Origin: Eledone cirrhosa
Lineage: Eukaryota
Direction: 5' to 3'
Assembly (NCBI GenBank): GCA_964016885.1
Contig: OZ024742.1
Coordinates: forward strand, 359,972,001-360,036,000
Length of the DNA: 64,000 bases
Positions 35,006 to 47,774 of this stretch are shown here, in pieces; within the stretch, counting starts at the first letter, position 1; the number at the start of each line of letters is the position of its first letter. The notes below the pieces were generated by a model that was not told the DNA's origin, did no database searches, and saw nothing but the letters and a program-made list of their open reading frames with translations. The translations under genes were made by a program, and so were the position numbers.

Positions 35006-36759
35006 GGAAAGGCTGAGATGTGAAGGAAGAGAAGAGAGATAGAAAGGCTGAGATGTGAAGGAGGAGAAGAGAGATAGAAAGGCTGGGATGTGAAGGTAGA
35101 GAAGAGAGATAGAAAGGCTGGCATGTGAAGGTGGAGAAGATAGATAGAAAGGTTGTGATGTGAAGGTGGAGAAGAGATAGAAAGTCTGTGATATGAAGGT
35201 GGAGAAGATATTGAAAAGCTGAGATTTGAAGGACGAGGAGAGAGATAGAAAGGCTGGGATGTGAAGTTGGAGGAGAGAGATAGAAGGGCTAGGGTGTGAA
35301 GGAGGAGAAGATAGATAGAAAGGTGGGATGTGAAGGAGGAGAAGATAGATAGAAAGGTGGGATGTGAAGGGGGAGAAGATAGATAGAAAGGCAGGGATGT
35401 GAAGGAGGAGAAGATAGATATAAAGGCTGGGATGTTAAGGTGGAGAAGAAAGATAGAAAGGCTGGGATGTGAAAGAGGAGAAGAGAAATAGAAAGGCTGA
35501 GATGTGATGGAGGAGAAGAGAGATAGAAAGGCTGGGATATGAAGGTGGAGAAGATATATAGAAAGGCTGAGATTTGAAGGAGGAGAAGAGAGATAGAAAG
35601 GCTGGGATGTGAAGGAGGAGAATAGAGATAGAAAAGCTGGGATGTGAAGGTGGAGAAGAAAGATAGAAAGGCTGGGATATGAAGGAGGAGAAGAGAGATG
35701 GAAAGGTTGAGATGTGAAGGAGGAGAAGAGAAGTAGAAAGGCTGGGATGTGAAGGTGGAGGAGAGAGATAGAAACGCTGGGATGCGAAGGTGGAGATGAG
35801 AGATAGAAAGGCTGGCATGTGAAGGTGGAGAGGAGAGATAGAGGGGCTGGGATGTGACGGAGGAGAAGAGAGATAAAAAGGCTGGGATGTGGAGTTGGAT
35901 AAAAGAGATAGAAAGGCTGAGATGTGATTGAGGAGAAAAGGGATAGAAAGGCTGAGATGTGAAGGAGGAGAAGAGAAATAGAAAGGCTGGCATGTGACGG
36001 TGGAGAAGAGAGATAGAAAGGCTGAGATGTGAAGGAAGAGAAGAGAGATAAAAAGTCTGGGATGTGAGGGTGGAGGAGAGAGATAGAAAGGCTGAGATGT
36101 GAAGGTGGAGAAGAGAGATAGAAAGGCTGAGATGTGAAGGTGGAGAAGAGAGATAGAAAGGCTGAGCTGTGAAGGTGGAGAAGATGGATAGAAAGGATGG
36201 GATGTGAAGGTGTTGAAGAGAGATAGAAAGGCTGGGATGTGAAGGTGGAGAAGAGAGATAGAAAGGCTGAGATGTGAAGGAGGAGAAGAGAGATAGAAAG
36301 GCTGGGATGTGATGGTGGAGAAGAGAGATAGAAAGGCTGGGATGTGAAGGGGGAGAAGAGAGATAGAAATGCTGGGATGTGAAGTTGGAAGAGAGCGATA
36401 GAAAGGCTGGGAATGAAGGTGTAGAGGAGAGATAGAAATGCTGGGAAGTGAAGGTGGAGAGGAGAGATAGAAAGGCTGGGATGTGACGGAGCAGAAGAGA
36501 GATAGAAAGGCTGGGATGTGAAGGAGGAGAAGATAGATAGAAAGGCTGGGATGTGAAGGTGGAGAAGAGAGATAGAAAGGCTGGAATGTGAAGGTGAAGA
36601 TGAGAGATAGAAATGCTGGGATGTGAAGGTGGCGTAGAGTGATAGAAAGGCTGGGATGTGACGGAGGAGAAGAGAGATAGAAAGGCTGAGATGTGAAGGA
36701 AGTGAAGAGAGATAGAAAGTCTGGGATGTGAAGGTGGAGGAGAGTGATAGAAAGGTTGA

Positions 36760-39700
36760 GATGTGAAGGTGGAGAAGAGAGATAGAAAGGCTGAGATGTG
36801 AAGGAAGAGAAGAGAGATAGAAAGGCTGAGATGTGAAGGAGGAGAAGAGAGATAGAAAGGCTGGGATGTGAAGGTGGAGAAGAGAGATAGAAAGGCAGGG
36901 ATGTGAAGGTGGAGAAGATGGATAGAAAGGATGGGATGTGAATTTGTTGAAGAGAGATAGAAAGGCTGGGATGTGAAGGTGGAGAAGAGAGATAGAAAGG
37001 CTGGCATGTGAAGGTGGAGAAGAGAGATAGAAATGCTGAGATGTGAAGGCGAAGGGAGATAGAAGGGCTTGGATGTGAAGGAGGAGAAGAGAGATAGAAA
37101 GGCTGGGATGTGAAGGAGGAGAAGAGAGATGGAAAGGCTGGGATGTGAAGGAGGAGAAGAGAGATAGAAAGGCTGGGATGTGAAGGTGGAGAAGAGAGAT
37201 AGAAAGGCTGGGATGTGAAGGTGGAGAAGAGAGATAGAAAGGCTGGCATGTGAAGGTAGAGAAGAGAGATAGAAAGGCTGAGATGTGAAGGTGGAGAAGA
37301 AAGATAGAAAGGCTGGGATGTGAAGGTGGGGAAGAAAGATATAAAGGCTGGGATGTGAAGGTGGGGAAGAAAGATAGAAAGGCTGGGATGTGAAGGAGGA
37401 GAATAGAGATAGAAAAGCTGGGATGTGAAGGTGGAGAAGAAAGATAGAAAGGCTGGGATATGAAGGAGGAGAAGAGAGATGGAAAGGTTGAGATGTGAAG
37501 GAGGAGAAGAGAAATAGAAAGACTGGGATGTGAAGGTGGAGGAGAGAGATAGAAACGCTGGGATGCGAAGGTGGAGATGAGAGATAGAAAGGCTGGCATG
37601 TGAAGGTGGAGAGGAGAGATAGAGAGGCTGGGATGTGACGGAGGAGAAGAGAGATAAAAAGGCTGGGATGTGGAGTTGGATAAATAGAGATAGAAAGGCT
37701 GAGATGTGATGGAGGAGAAAAGGGATAGAAAGGCTGAGATGTGAAGGTGGAGAAGAGAGATAGAAAGGCTGAGATGTGAAGGAAGAGAAGAGAGATAGAA
37801 AGTCTGGGATGTGAGGGTGGAGGAGAGAGATAGAAAGGCTGAGATGTGAAGGTGGAGAAGAGAGATAGAAAGGCTGAGATGTGAAGGTGGAGAAGAGAGA
37901 TAGAAAGGCTGAGCTGTGAAGGTGGAGAAGATGGATAGAAAGGATGGGATGTTAAGGTGTTGAAGAGAGATAGAAAGGCTGGGATGTGAAGGTGGAGAAG
38001 AGAGATAGAAAGGCTGAGATGTGAAGGAGGAGAAGAGAGATAGAAAGGCTGGGATGTGAAGGTGGAGAAGAGAGATAGAAAGGCTGGGATGTGAAGGAGG
38101 AGCAGAGAGATAGAAATGCTGGGATGTGAAGGTGGAAGAGAGCGATAGAAAGGCTGGGAAGTGAAGGTGTAGAGGAGACGTAGAAAGGCTGGGAAGTGAA
38201 GGTGGAGAGGAGAGATAGAAAGGCTGGGATGTGACGGAGCAGAAGAGAGATAGAAAGGCTGCGATGTGAAGGGGCAGAAGATAGATAGAAAGGCTGGGAT
38301 GTGAAGGTGGAGAAGAGAGATAGAAAGGCTGGAATGTGAAGGTGAAGATGAGAGATAGAAATGCTGGGATGTGAAGGTGGCGTAGAGTGATAGAAAGGGT
38401 GGGATGTAACGGAGGAGAAGAGAGATAGAAAGGCTGAGATGTGAAGGAAGTGAAGAGAGATAGAAAGTCTGGGATGTGAAGGTGGAGGAGAGTGATAGAA
38501 AGGCTGAGATGTGAAGGTGGAGAAGAGAGATAGAAAGGCTCAGATGTGAAGGAGGAGAAGAGAGATAGAAAGGCTGGGATGTGAAGGTGGAGAAGAGAGA
38601 TAGAAAGGCTGGGATGTGAAGGTGGAGAAGAAGGATAGAAAGGATGGGATGTGAATGTGTTGAAGAGAGATAGAAAGGCTGGGATGTGAAGGTGGAGAAG
38701 AGAGATAGAAAGGCTGGCATGTGAAGGTGGAGAAGAGAGATAGAAAGGCTGGGATGTGAAGGTGGAGAAGAGAGATAGAAAGGCTGGGATGTGAAGGTGG
38801 AGAAGAGAGATAGAAAGGCTGGGATGTGAAGGAAGAGAAGAGAGATAGAATGGCTGGGATGTGAAGGAGGAGAAGAGAGATGGAAAGGCTGAGATGTGAA
38901 GGAGGAGAAGAGAGATAGAAAGGCTGAGATGTGAAGGAGGAGGAGAGAGATAGAACGGCTGGGATGTGAAGGTGGAGAAGAGAGATAGAAAGGCTGGGAT
39001 GTGAAGTTGGAGAAGAGAGATAGAAAGGCTGGGATGTGCAGGTGGAGGAGAGAGATAGAAAGGCTGGGATGTGAAGGTGGAGAAGAGAGATAGAAAGGCT
39101 GAGATGTGAAGGAGGACAAGAGAGATAGAAAGGCTGGAATGTGAAGGTGGCGTAGATTGATAGAAAGGCTGGGATGTGACGGAGGAGAAGAGAGATAGAA
39201 AGGCTGGGATGTGAAGGTGGAGGAGAGAGGTAGAAACGCTGGGATGCGAAGGTGGAGATGAGAGATAGAGAGGCTGGCATGTGAAGGTGGAGAGGAGAGA
39301 TAGAGAGGCTGGGATGTGACGGAGGAGAAGAGAGATAGAAAGGCTGGGATGTGGAGTTGGATAAAAGAGATAGAAAGGCTGAGATGTGATGGAGGAGAAA
39401 AGGGATAGAAAGGCTGAGATGTGAAGGAGGAGAAGAGAAATAGAAAGGCTGGCATGTGACGGTGGAGAAGAGAGATAGAAAGGCTGAGATGTGAAGGAAG
39501 AGAAGAAAGATAGAAAGTCTGGGATGTGAGGGTGGAAGAGAGAGATAGAAAGGCTGAGATGTGAAGGTGGAGAAGAGAGATAGAAAGGCTGAGATGTGAA
39601 GGTGGAGAGGAGAGATAGAAAGGCTGAGCTGTGAAGGTGGAGAAGATGGATAGAAAGGATGGGATGTGAAGGTGTTGAAGAGAGATAGAAAGGCTGCGAT

Positions 39701-42700
39701 GTGAAGGTGGAGAAGAGAGATAGAAAGGCTGAGATGTGAAGGAGGAGAAGAGAGATAGAAAGGCTGGGATGTGAAGGTGGAGAAGAGAGATAGAAAGGCT
39801 GGGATGTGAAGGTGGAGAAGAGAGATAGAAATGCTGGGATGTGAAGGTGGAAGAGAGCGATAGAAAGTCTGGGAAGTGAAGGTGTAGAGGAGAGATAGAA
39901 AGGCTGGGAAGTGAAGGTGGGGAGGAGAGATAGAAAGGCTGGGATGTGACGGAGCAGAAGAGAGATAGAAAGGCTGGGATGTGAAGGAGGAGAAGATAGA
40001 TAGAAAGGCTGGGATGTGAAGGTGGAGAAGAGAGATAGAAAGGCTGGAATGTGAAGGTGAAGATGAGAGATAGAAATGCTGGGATGTGAAGGTCGCGTAG
40101 AGTGATAGAAAGGCTGGGATGTGACGGAGGAGAAGAGAGATAGAAAGGCTGAGATGTGAAGGAAGTGAAGAGAGATAGAAAGTCTGGGATGTGAAGGTGG
40201 AGGAGAGTGATAGAAAGGCAGAGATGTGAAGGAAGAGAAGAGAGATAGAAAGGCTGAGATGTGAAGGAGGAGAAGAGAGATAGAAAGGCTGGGATGTGAA
40301 GGTGGAGAAGAGAGATAGAAAGGCTGAGATGTGAAGGAAGAGAAGAGAGATAGAAAGGCTGAGATGTGAAGGAGGAGAAGAGAGATAGAAAGGCTGGGAT
40401 GTGAAGGTGGAGAAGAGAGATAGAAAGGCAGGGATGTGAAGGTGGAGAAGATGGATAGAAAGGATGGGATGTGAATTTGTTGAAGAGAGATAGAAAGGCT
40501 GGGATGTGAAGGTGGAGAAGAGAGATAGAAAGGCTGGCATGTGAAGGTGGAGAAGAGAGATAGAAATGCTGAGATGTGAAGGCGAAGGGAGATAGAAGGG
40601 CTTGGATGTGAAGGAGGAGAAGAGAGATAGAAAGGCTGGGATGTGAAGGAGGAGAAGAGAGATGGAAAGGCTGGGATGTGAAGGAGGAGAAGAGAGATAG
40701 AAAGGCTGGGATGTGAAGGTGGAGAAGAGAGATAGAAAGGCTGGGATGTGAAGGTGGAGAAGAGAGATAGAAAGGCTGGCATGTGAAGGTAGAGAAGAGA
40801 GATAGAAAGGCTGAGATGTGAAGGTGGAGAAGAAAGATAGAAAGGCTGGGATGTGAAGGTGGGGAAGAAAGATATAAAGGCTGGGATGTGAAGGTGGGGA
40901 AGAAAGATAGAAAGGCTGGGATGTGAAGGAGGAGAATAGAGATAGAAAAGCTGGGATGTGAAGGTGGAGAAGAAAGATAGAAAGGCTGGGATATGAAGGA
41001 GGAGAAGAGAGATGGAAAGGTTGAGATGTGAAGGAGGAGAAGAGAAATAGAAAGGCTGGGATGTGAAGGTGGAGGAGAGAGATAGAAACGCTGGGATGCG
41101 AAGGTGGAGATGAGAGATAGAAAGGCTGGCATGTGAAGGTGGAGAGGAGAGATAGAGAGGCTGGGATGTGACGGAGGAGAAGAGAGATAAAAAGGCTGGG
41201 ATGTGGAGTTGGATAAATAGAGATAGAAAGGCTGAGATGTGATGGAGGAGAAAAGGGATAGAAAGGCTGAGATGTGAAGGTGGAGAAGAGAGATAGAAAG
41301 GCTGAGATGTGAAGGAAGAGAAGAGAGATAGAAAGTCTGGGATGTGAGGGTGGAGGAGAGAGATAGAAAGGCTGAGATGTGAAGGTGGAGAAGAGAGATA
41401 GAAAGGCTGAGATGTGAAGGTGGAGAAGAGAGATAGAAAGGCTGAGCTGTGAAGGTGGAGAAGATGGATAGAAAGGATGGGATGTTAAGGTGTTGAAGAG
41501 AGATAGAAAGGCTGGGATGTGAAGGTGGAGAAGAGAGATAGAAAGGCTGAGATGTGAAGGAGGAGAAGAGAGATAGAAAGGCTGGGATGTGAAGGTGGAG
41601 AAGAGAGATAGAAAGGCTGGGATGTGAAGGAGGAGCAGAGAGATAGAAATGCTGGGATGTGAAGGTGGAAGAGAGCGATAGAAAGGCTGGGAAGTGAAGG
41701 TGTAGAGGAGACGTAGAAAGGCTGGGAAGTGAAGGTGGAGAGGAGAGATAGAAAGGCTGGGATGTGACGGAGCAGAAGAGAGATAGAAAGGCTGCGATGT
41801 GAAGGGGCAGAAGATAGATAGAAAGGCTGGGATGTGAAGGTGGAGAAGAGAGATAGAAAGGCTGGAATGTGAAGGTGAAGATGAGAGATAGAAATGCTGG
41901 GATGTGAAGGTGGCGTAGAGTGATAGAAAGGGTGGGATGTAACGGAGGAGAAGAGAGATAGAAAGGCTGAGATGTGAAGGAAGTGAAGAGAGATAGAAAG
42001 TCTGGGATGTGAAGGTGGAGGAGAGTGATAGAAAGGCTGAGATGTGAAGGTGGAGAAGAGAGATAGAAAGGCTCAGATGTGAAGGAGGAGAAGAGAGATA
42101 GAAAGGCTGGGATGTGAAGGTGGAGAAGAGAGATAGAAAGGCTGGGATGTGAAGGTGGAGAAGAAGGATAGAAAGGATGGGATGTGAATGTGTTGAAGAG
42201 AGATAGAAAGGCTGGGATGTGAAGGTGGAGAAGAGAGATAGAAAGGCTGGCATGTGAAGGTGGAGAAGAGAGATAGAAAGGCTGGGATGTGAAGGTGGAG
42301 AAGAGAGATAGAAAGGCTGGGATGTGAAGGTGGAGAAGAGAGATAGAAAGGCTGGGATGTGAAGGAAGAGAAGAGAGATAGAATGGCTGGGATGTGAAGG
42401 AGGAGAAGAGAGATGGAAAGGCTGAGATGTGAAGGAGGAGAAGAGAGATAGAAAGGCTGAGATGTGAAGGAGGAGGAGAGAGATAGAACGGCTGGGATGT
42501 GAAGGTGGAGAAGAGAGATAGAAAGGCTGGGATGTGAAGTTGGAGAAGAGAGATAGAAAGGCTGGGATGTGCAGGTGGAGGAGAGAGATAGAAAGGCTGG
42601 GATGTGAAGGTGGAGAAGAGAGATAGAAAGGCTGAGATGTGAAGGAGGACAAGAGAGATAGAAAGGCTGGAATGTGAAGGTGGCGTAGATTGATAGAAAG

Positions 42701-43835
42701 GCTGGGATGTGACGGAGGAGAAGAGAGATAGAAAGGCTGGGATGTGAAGGTGGAGGAGAGAGGTAGAAACGCTGGGATGCGAAGGTGGAGATGAGAGATA
42801 GAGAGGCTGGCATGTGAAGGTGGAGAGGAGAGATAGAGAGGCTGGGATGTGACGGAGGAGAAGAGAGATAGAAAGGCTGGGATGTGGAGTTGGATAAAAG
42901 AGATAGAAAGGCTGAGATGTGATGGAGGAGAAAAGGGATAGAAAGGCTGAGATGTGAAGGAGGAGAAGAGAAATAGAAAGGCTGGCATGTGACGGTGGAG
43001 AAGAGAGATAGAAAGGCTGAGATGTGAAGGAAGAGAAGAAAGATAGAAAGTCTGGGATGTGAGGGTGGAAGAGAGAGATAGAAAGGCTGAGATGTGAAGG
43101 TGGAGAAGAGAGATAGAAAGGCTGAGATGTGAAGGTGGAGAGGAGAGATAGAAAGGCTGAGCTGTGAAGGTGGAGAAGATGGATAGAAAGGATGGGATGT
43201 GAAGGTGTTGAAGAGAGATAGAAAGGCTGCGATGTGAAGGTGGAGAAGAGAGATAGAAAGGCTGAGATGTGAAGGAGGAGAAGAGAGATAGAAAGGCTGG
43301 GATGTGAAGGTGGAGAAGAGAGATAGAAAGGCTGGGATGTGAAGGTGGAGAAGAGAGATAGAAATGCTGGGATGTGAAGGTGGAAGAGAGCGATAGAAAG
43401 TCTGGGAAGTGAAGGTGTAGAGGAGAGATAGAAAGGCTGGGAAGTGAAGGTGGGGAGGAGAGATAGAAAGGCTGGGATGTGACGGAGCAGAAGAGAGATA
43501 GAAAGGCTGGGATGTGAAGGAGGAGAAGATAGATAGAAAGGCTGGGATGTGAAGGTGGAGAAGAGAGATAGAAAGGCTGGAATGTGAAGGTGAAGATGAG
43601 AGATAGAAATGCTGGGATGTGAAGGTCGCGTAGAGTGATAGAAAGGCTGGGATGTGACGGAGGAGAAGAGAGATAGAAAGGCTGAGATGTGAAGGAAGTG
43701 AAGAGAGATAGAAAGTCTGAGATGTGAAGGTGGAGGAGAGTGATAGAAAGGCAGAGATGTGAAGGAAGAGAAGAGAGATAGAAAGGCTGAGATGTGAAGG
43801 AGGAGAAGAGAGATAGAAAGGCTGGGATGTGAAGG
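36760..43835. repeat. Higher-order repeat E, 2 x 3533 bp
   Basis: AATTTGTTGA marker at 36941 and 40474; ORF ends 38540/42073 and 37249/40782 are offset by 3533. Confidence 0.9.
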
Positions 43836-46800
43836 TGGAGAAGAGAGATAGAAAGGCTGGGATGTGAAGGTGGAGAAGATGGATAGAAAGGATGGGATGG
43901 GAATGTGTTGAAGAGAGATAGAAAGGCTGTGATGTGAAGGTGGAGAAGAGAGATAGAAAGGCTGGCATGTGAAGGTGGAGAAGAGAGATAGAAATGCTGA
44001 GATGTGAAGGCGAAGGGAGATAGAATGGCTTGGATGTGAAGGAGGAGAAGAGAGATAGAAAGGCTGGGATGTGAAGGTGGAGAAGAAAGATGGAAAGGCT
44101 GGGATGTGAAGGAGGAGAAGAGAGATTGAAAGGCTGGGATGTGAAGGTGGAGAAGAGAGATAGAAAGGCTGGGATGTGAAGGTGGAGAAGAGAGATAGAA
44201 AGGCTGGGATGTGAAGGAAGAGAAGAGAGATAGAATGGCTGGGATGTGAAGGAGGAGAAGAGAGATGGAAAGGCTGAGATGTGAACGAGGAGAAGAGAGA
44301 TAGAAAGGCTGGGATGTGAAGGTGGAGAAGAGAGATAGAAAGGCTGGGATGTGAAGGTGGAGGAGAGAGATAGAATGGCTGGGATGTGAAGGTGGAGAAG
44401 AGAGATAGAAAGGCTGGGATGTGAAGGTGGAGGAGAGAGATAGAAAAGCTGGGATGTGAAGGAGGAGAAGAGAGATAGAACGGCTGGGATGTGAAGGTGG
44501 AGAAGAGAGATAGAAAGGCTGGGATGTGAAGTTGGAGAAGAGAGATAGAAAGGCTGGGATGTGAAGGTGGAGGAGAGAGATAGAAAGGCTGGGATGTGAA
44601 GGTGGAGAAGAGAGATAGAAAGGCTGAGATGTGAAGGAGGACAAGAGAGATAGAAAGGCTGGAATGTGAAGGTGGCGTAGATTGATTGAAAGGCTGGGAT
44701 GTGACGGAGGAGAAGAGAGATAGAAAGGCTGGGATGTGAAGGAGGAGAAGATAGATAGAAAGGCTGGGATGTGAAGGTGGAGAACAGAGATAGAAAGGCT
44801 GAGATGTGAAGGTGGAGAAGAGAGTTGGAAAGGCTGGTATGTGAAGGTGGCGTAGGGTGATAGAAAGGCTGGGATGTGATGGAGGAGAAGAGAGATAGAA
44901 AGGCTGAGATGTGAAGGAAGAGAAGAGAGATAGAAAGGCTGAGATGTGAAGGTGGAGAAGAGAGATAGAAAGGTTGGTATGTGAAGGTGGAGAAGAGAGA
45001 TAGACATGCTGGGATGTGAAGGTGGAAGAGAGCGATAGAAAGGCTGGGAAGTGAAGGTGGAGAGGAGAGATAGAAAGGCTGGGATGTGAAGGTGGAGAAA
45101 AGAGATAGTAAGGCTGGGATGTGAATATGGAGAAGAGAGATAGAAAGGCTGAGATGTGAAGGATAGAAAGAGAGATAGAAAGACTGTGATGTGAAGGTGT
45201 AAGAGAGAGATAGAAAGGCTGGGATGTGAAGGTGGAGAGGAGACATAGACAGGCTGGGAGGTGACGGAGCAGAAGAGAGATAGAAAGGCCGGGATGTGAA
45301 GGAGGAGAAGATAGATAGAAAGGCTGGGATGTGAAGGTGGAGAAGAGAGATAGAAAGTCTGAGGTGTTATGGATGAGAAGAGAGATAGAAAGGCTGGGAT
45401 GTGAAGGTAGAGAAGAGTGATGGAAAGGCTGGGATGTGAAGGTCGAGGAGAGACATAGAAAGGCTGGAATGTGAAGGTGAAGATGAGAGATAGAGATGCT
45501 GGGATGTGAAGGTGGCGTAGAGTGATAGAAAGGCTGGGATGTGACTGAGGAGAAGAGAGATAGAAAGGCTGAGATGTGAAGGAAGAGAAGAGAGATAGAA
45601 AGTCTGGGATGTGAAGGTGGAGGAGAGAGATAGAAAGGCTGGGATCTGAAGGTGGAGAAGATGGATAGAAAGGATGGGATGTGACGGAGCAGAAGAGAGA
45701 TAGAAAGGCTGGGATGTGAAGGAGGAGAAGATAGATAGAAAGGCTGGGATGTGAAGGTGGAGAAGAGTGATAGAATGGCTGGGATGTGAAGGTGGAGAAG
45801 AGATATAGAAAAGCTGGGATGGGAAGGTGGAGAAGAGAGATGGAAAGGCTGGGATATGAAGGTCGAGGAGAGACATAGAAAGGCTGGAATATGAAGGTGG
45901 AGGAGAGAGATAGAAAGGCTGAGATGTGAAAGTGGAGAAGAGAGATAGAAAGGTTGAGATGTGAAGGAAGAGAAGAGAGATAGAAAGGCTAAGATGTGAA
46001 GGAAGAGAAGAGAGATAGAAAGGCTGAGATGTGAAGGAGGAGAAGATGGATAGAAAGGATGGGATGTGAAGGTGTTGAAGAGAGATAGAAAGGCTGGGAA
46101 GTGAAGGTGGAGAGGAGAGATAGAAAGGCTGGGATGTGAAGATGGAGAAGAGAGATAGAAAGGCTGAGATGTAAAGGTGGAGGAGAGAGATAGAAAGGCT
46201 GGGATGTGAAGGTGGAGAAGAGAGATAGAAAGGCTGAGATGTGAAGGAGGAGAAGAGAGATAGAAAGGCTGGGATGTGAAGGTGGCGTAGATTGATAGAA
46301 AGGCTGGGATGCGACGGAGGAGAAGGGAGATAGAAAGCTGTGGATGTGAAGGTGGAGGAGAGAGATAGAAAGGCTGAGATGTGAAGGTGGAGAAGAGAGA
46401 TAGAAAGGTTAAGATGTGAAGGAAGAGAAGAGAGATAGAAAGGCTGGGATGTGAAGGAGGAGAAGATGGATAGAAAGGATGGGATTTGAAGGTGTTGAAG
46501 AGAGATAGAAAGGCTGGGTATGTGAAGGTGGAGAAGAGAGATATAAAGGCTGAGTTGTGAAGGTGGAAGAGAGAGATAGAAAGGCTGGGATGTGAAGGTG
46601 GAGAAGATAAATAGAAAGGCTGGGATGTGAAGGTGGAGAAGAGAGATTGAAAGTCTGAGATGTGATGGATGAGAAGAGAGATAGAAAAGCTGGGATGTAA
46701 AGGTGCAGAAGAGAGATGGAAAGGCTGGGATGTGAAGGTCGAGGAGAGACATAGAAAGCCTGGAATGTGAAGGTGAAGATGAGAGATAGAAATGCTGAGA

Positions 46801-47774
46801 TGTGAAGGTGGCGTAGAGTGATAGAAAGGCTGGGATGTGACGGAGAAGAAGAGAGATAGAAAGGCTGAGATGTGAAGGCAGAGAAGAGAGATAGAATGTC
46901 TGGGATGTGAAGGTGGAGAAGTGAGATTGAAAGGCTGGGATGTGAAGGAGGAGAAGATGGATAGAAAGGATGAGTCATGAAGGTGTTGAAGAGAGATAGA
47001 AAGGCTGGGATGTGAAGGAGGAGAAGAGAGATAGAAAGGCTGGGAAGTGAAGGTGGAGAAGAGAGATAGAAAGGCTGGGAAGTGAAGGTGGAGAGGAGAG
47101 ATAGAAAGGCTGGGATGTGACGGAGCAGAAGAGAGATAGAAAGGCTGGGATGTGAAGGTGTAGAAGAGAGATAGAAAGGCTGGGAGGTGAAGGTGGAGAA
47201 GATGGATAGAAAGGATGGGATGTGAATGTGTTGAAGAGAGATAGAAAGGCTGGGATGTGAAGGTGGGGAAGAGAGATAGAAAGGCTGGCATGTGGAGGTG
47301 GAGAAGAGAGATAGAAATGCTGAGATGTGAAGGGGGAGAAGAAAGATAGAATGGATGGGATGTGAAGGAGGGGAAAAGAGATGGAAAGGCTGAGATGTGA
47401 AGAAGGAGAAGAGAGATAGAAAGGCTGAGATGTGAAGGAGGAGAAGAGAGATGGAAAGGCTGAGATGTGAAGAAAGAGAAGAGAGATAGAAAGGCTGAGA
47501 TGTGAAGGAGGAGAAGAGAGATGGAAAGGCTGAGATGTGAAGAAAGAGAAGAGAGATAGAAAGGCTGGGATGTGAAGGAGGAGAAGATGGATAGAAAGGA
47601 TGGGATTTGAAGGTGTTGAAGAGAGATAGAAAGGCTGGGTATGTGAAGGTGGAGAAGAGAGATAGAAAGGCTGAGTTGTGAAGGTGGAAGAGAGAGATAG
47701 AAAGGCTGGGATGTGACGGAGCAAAACAGAGATAGAAAGGCTGGGAAGTGAAGGTGGAGAGGAGAGATAGAAAG

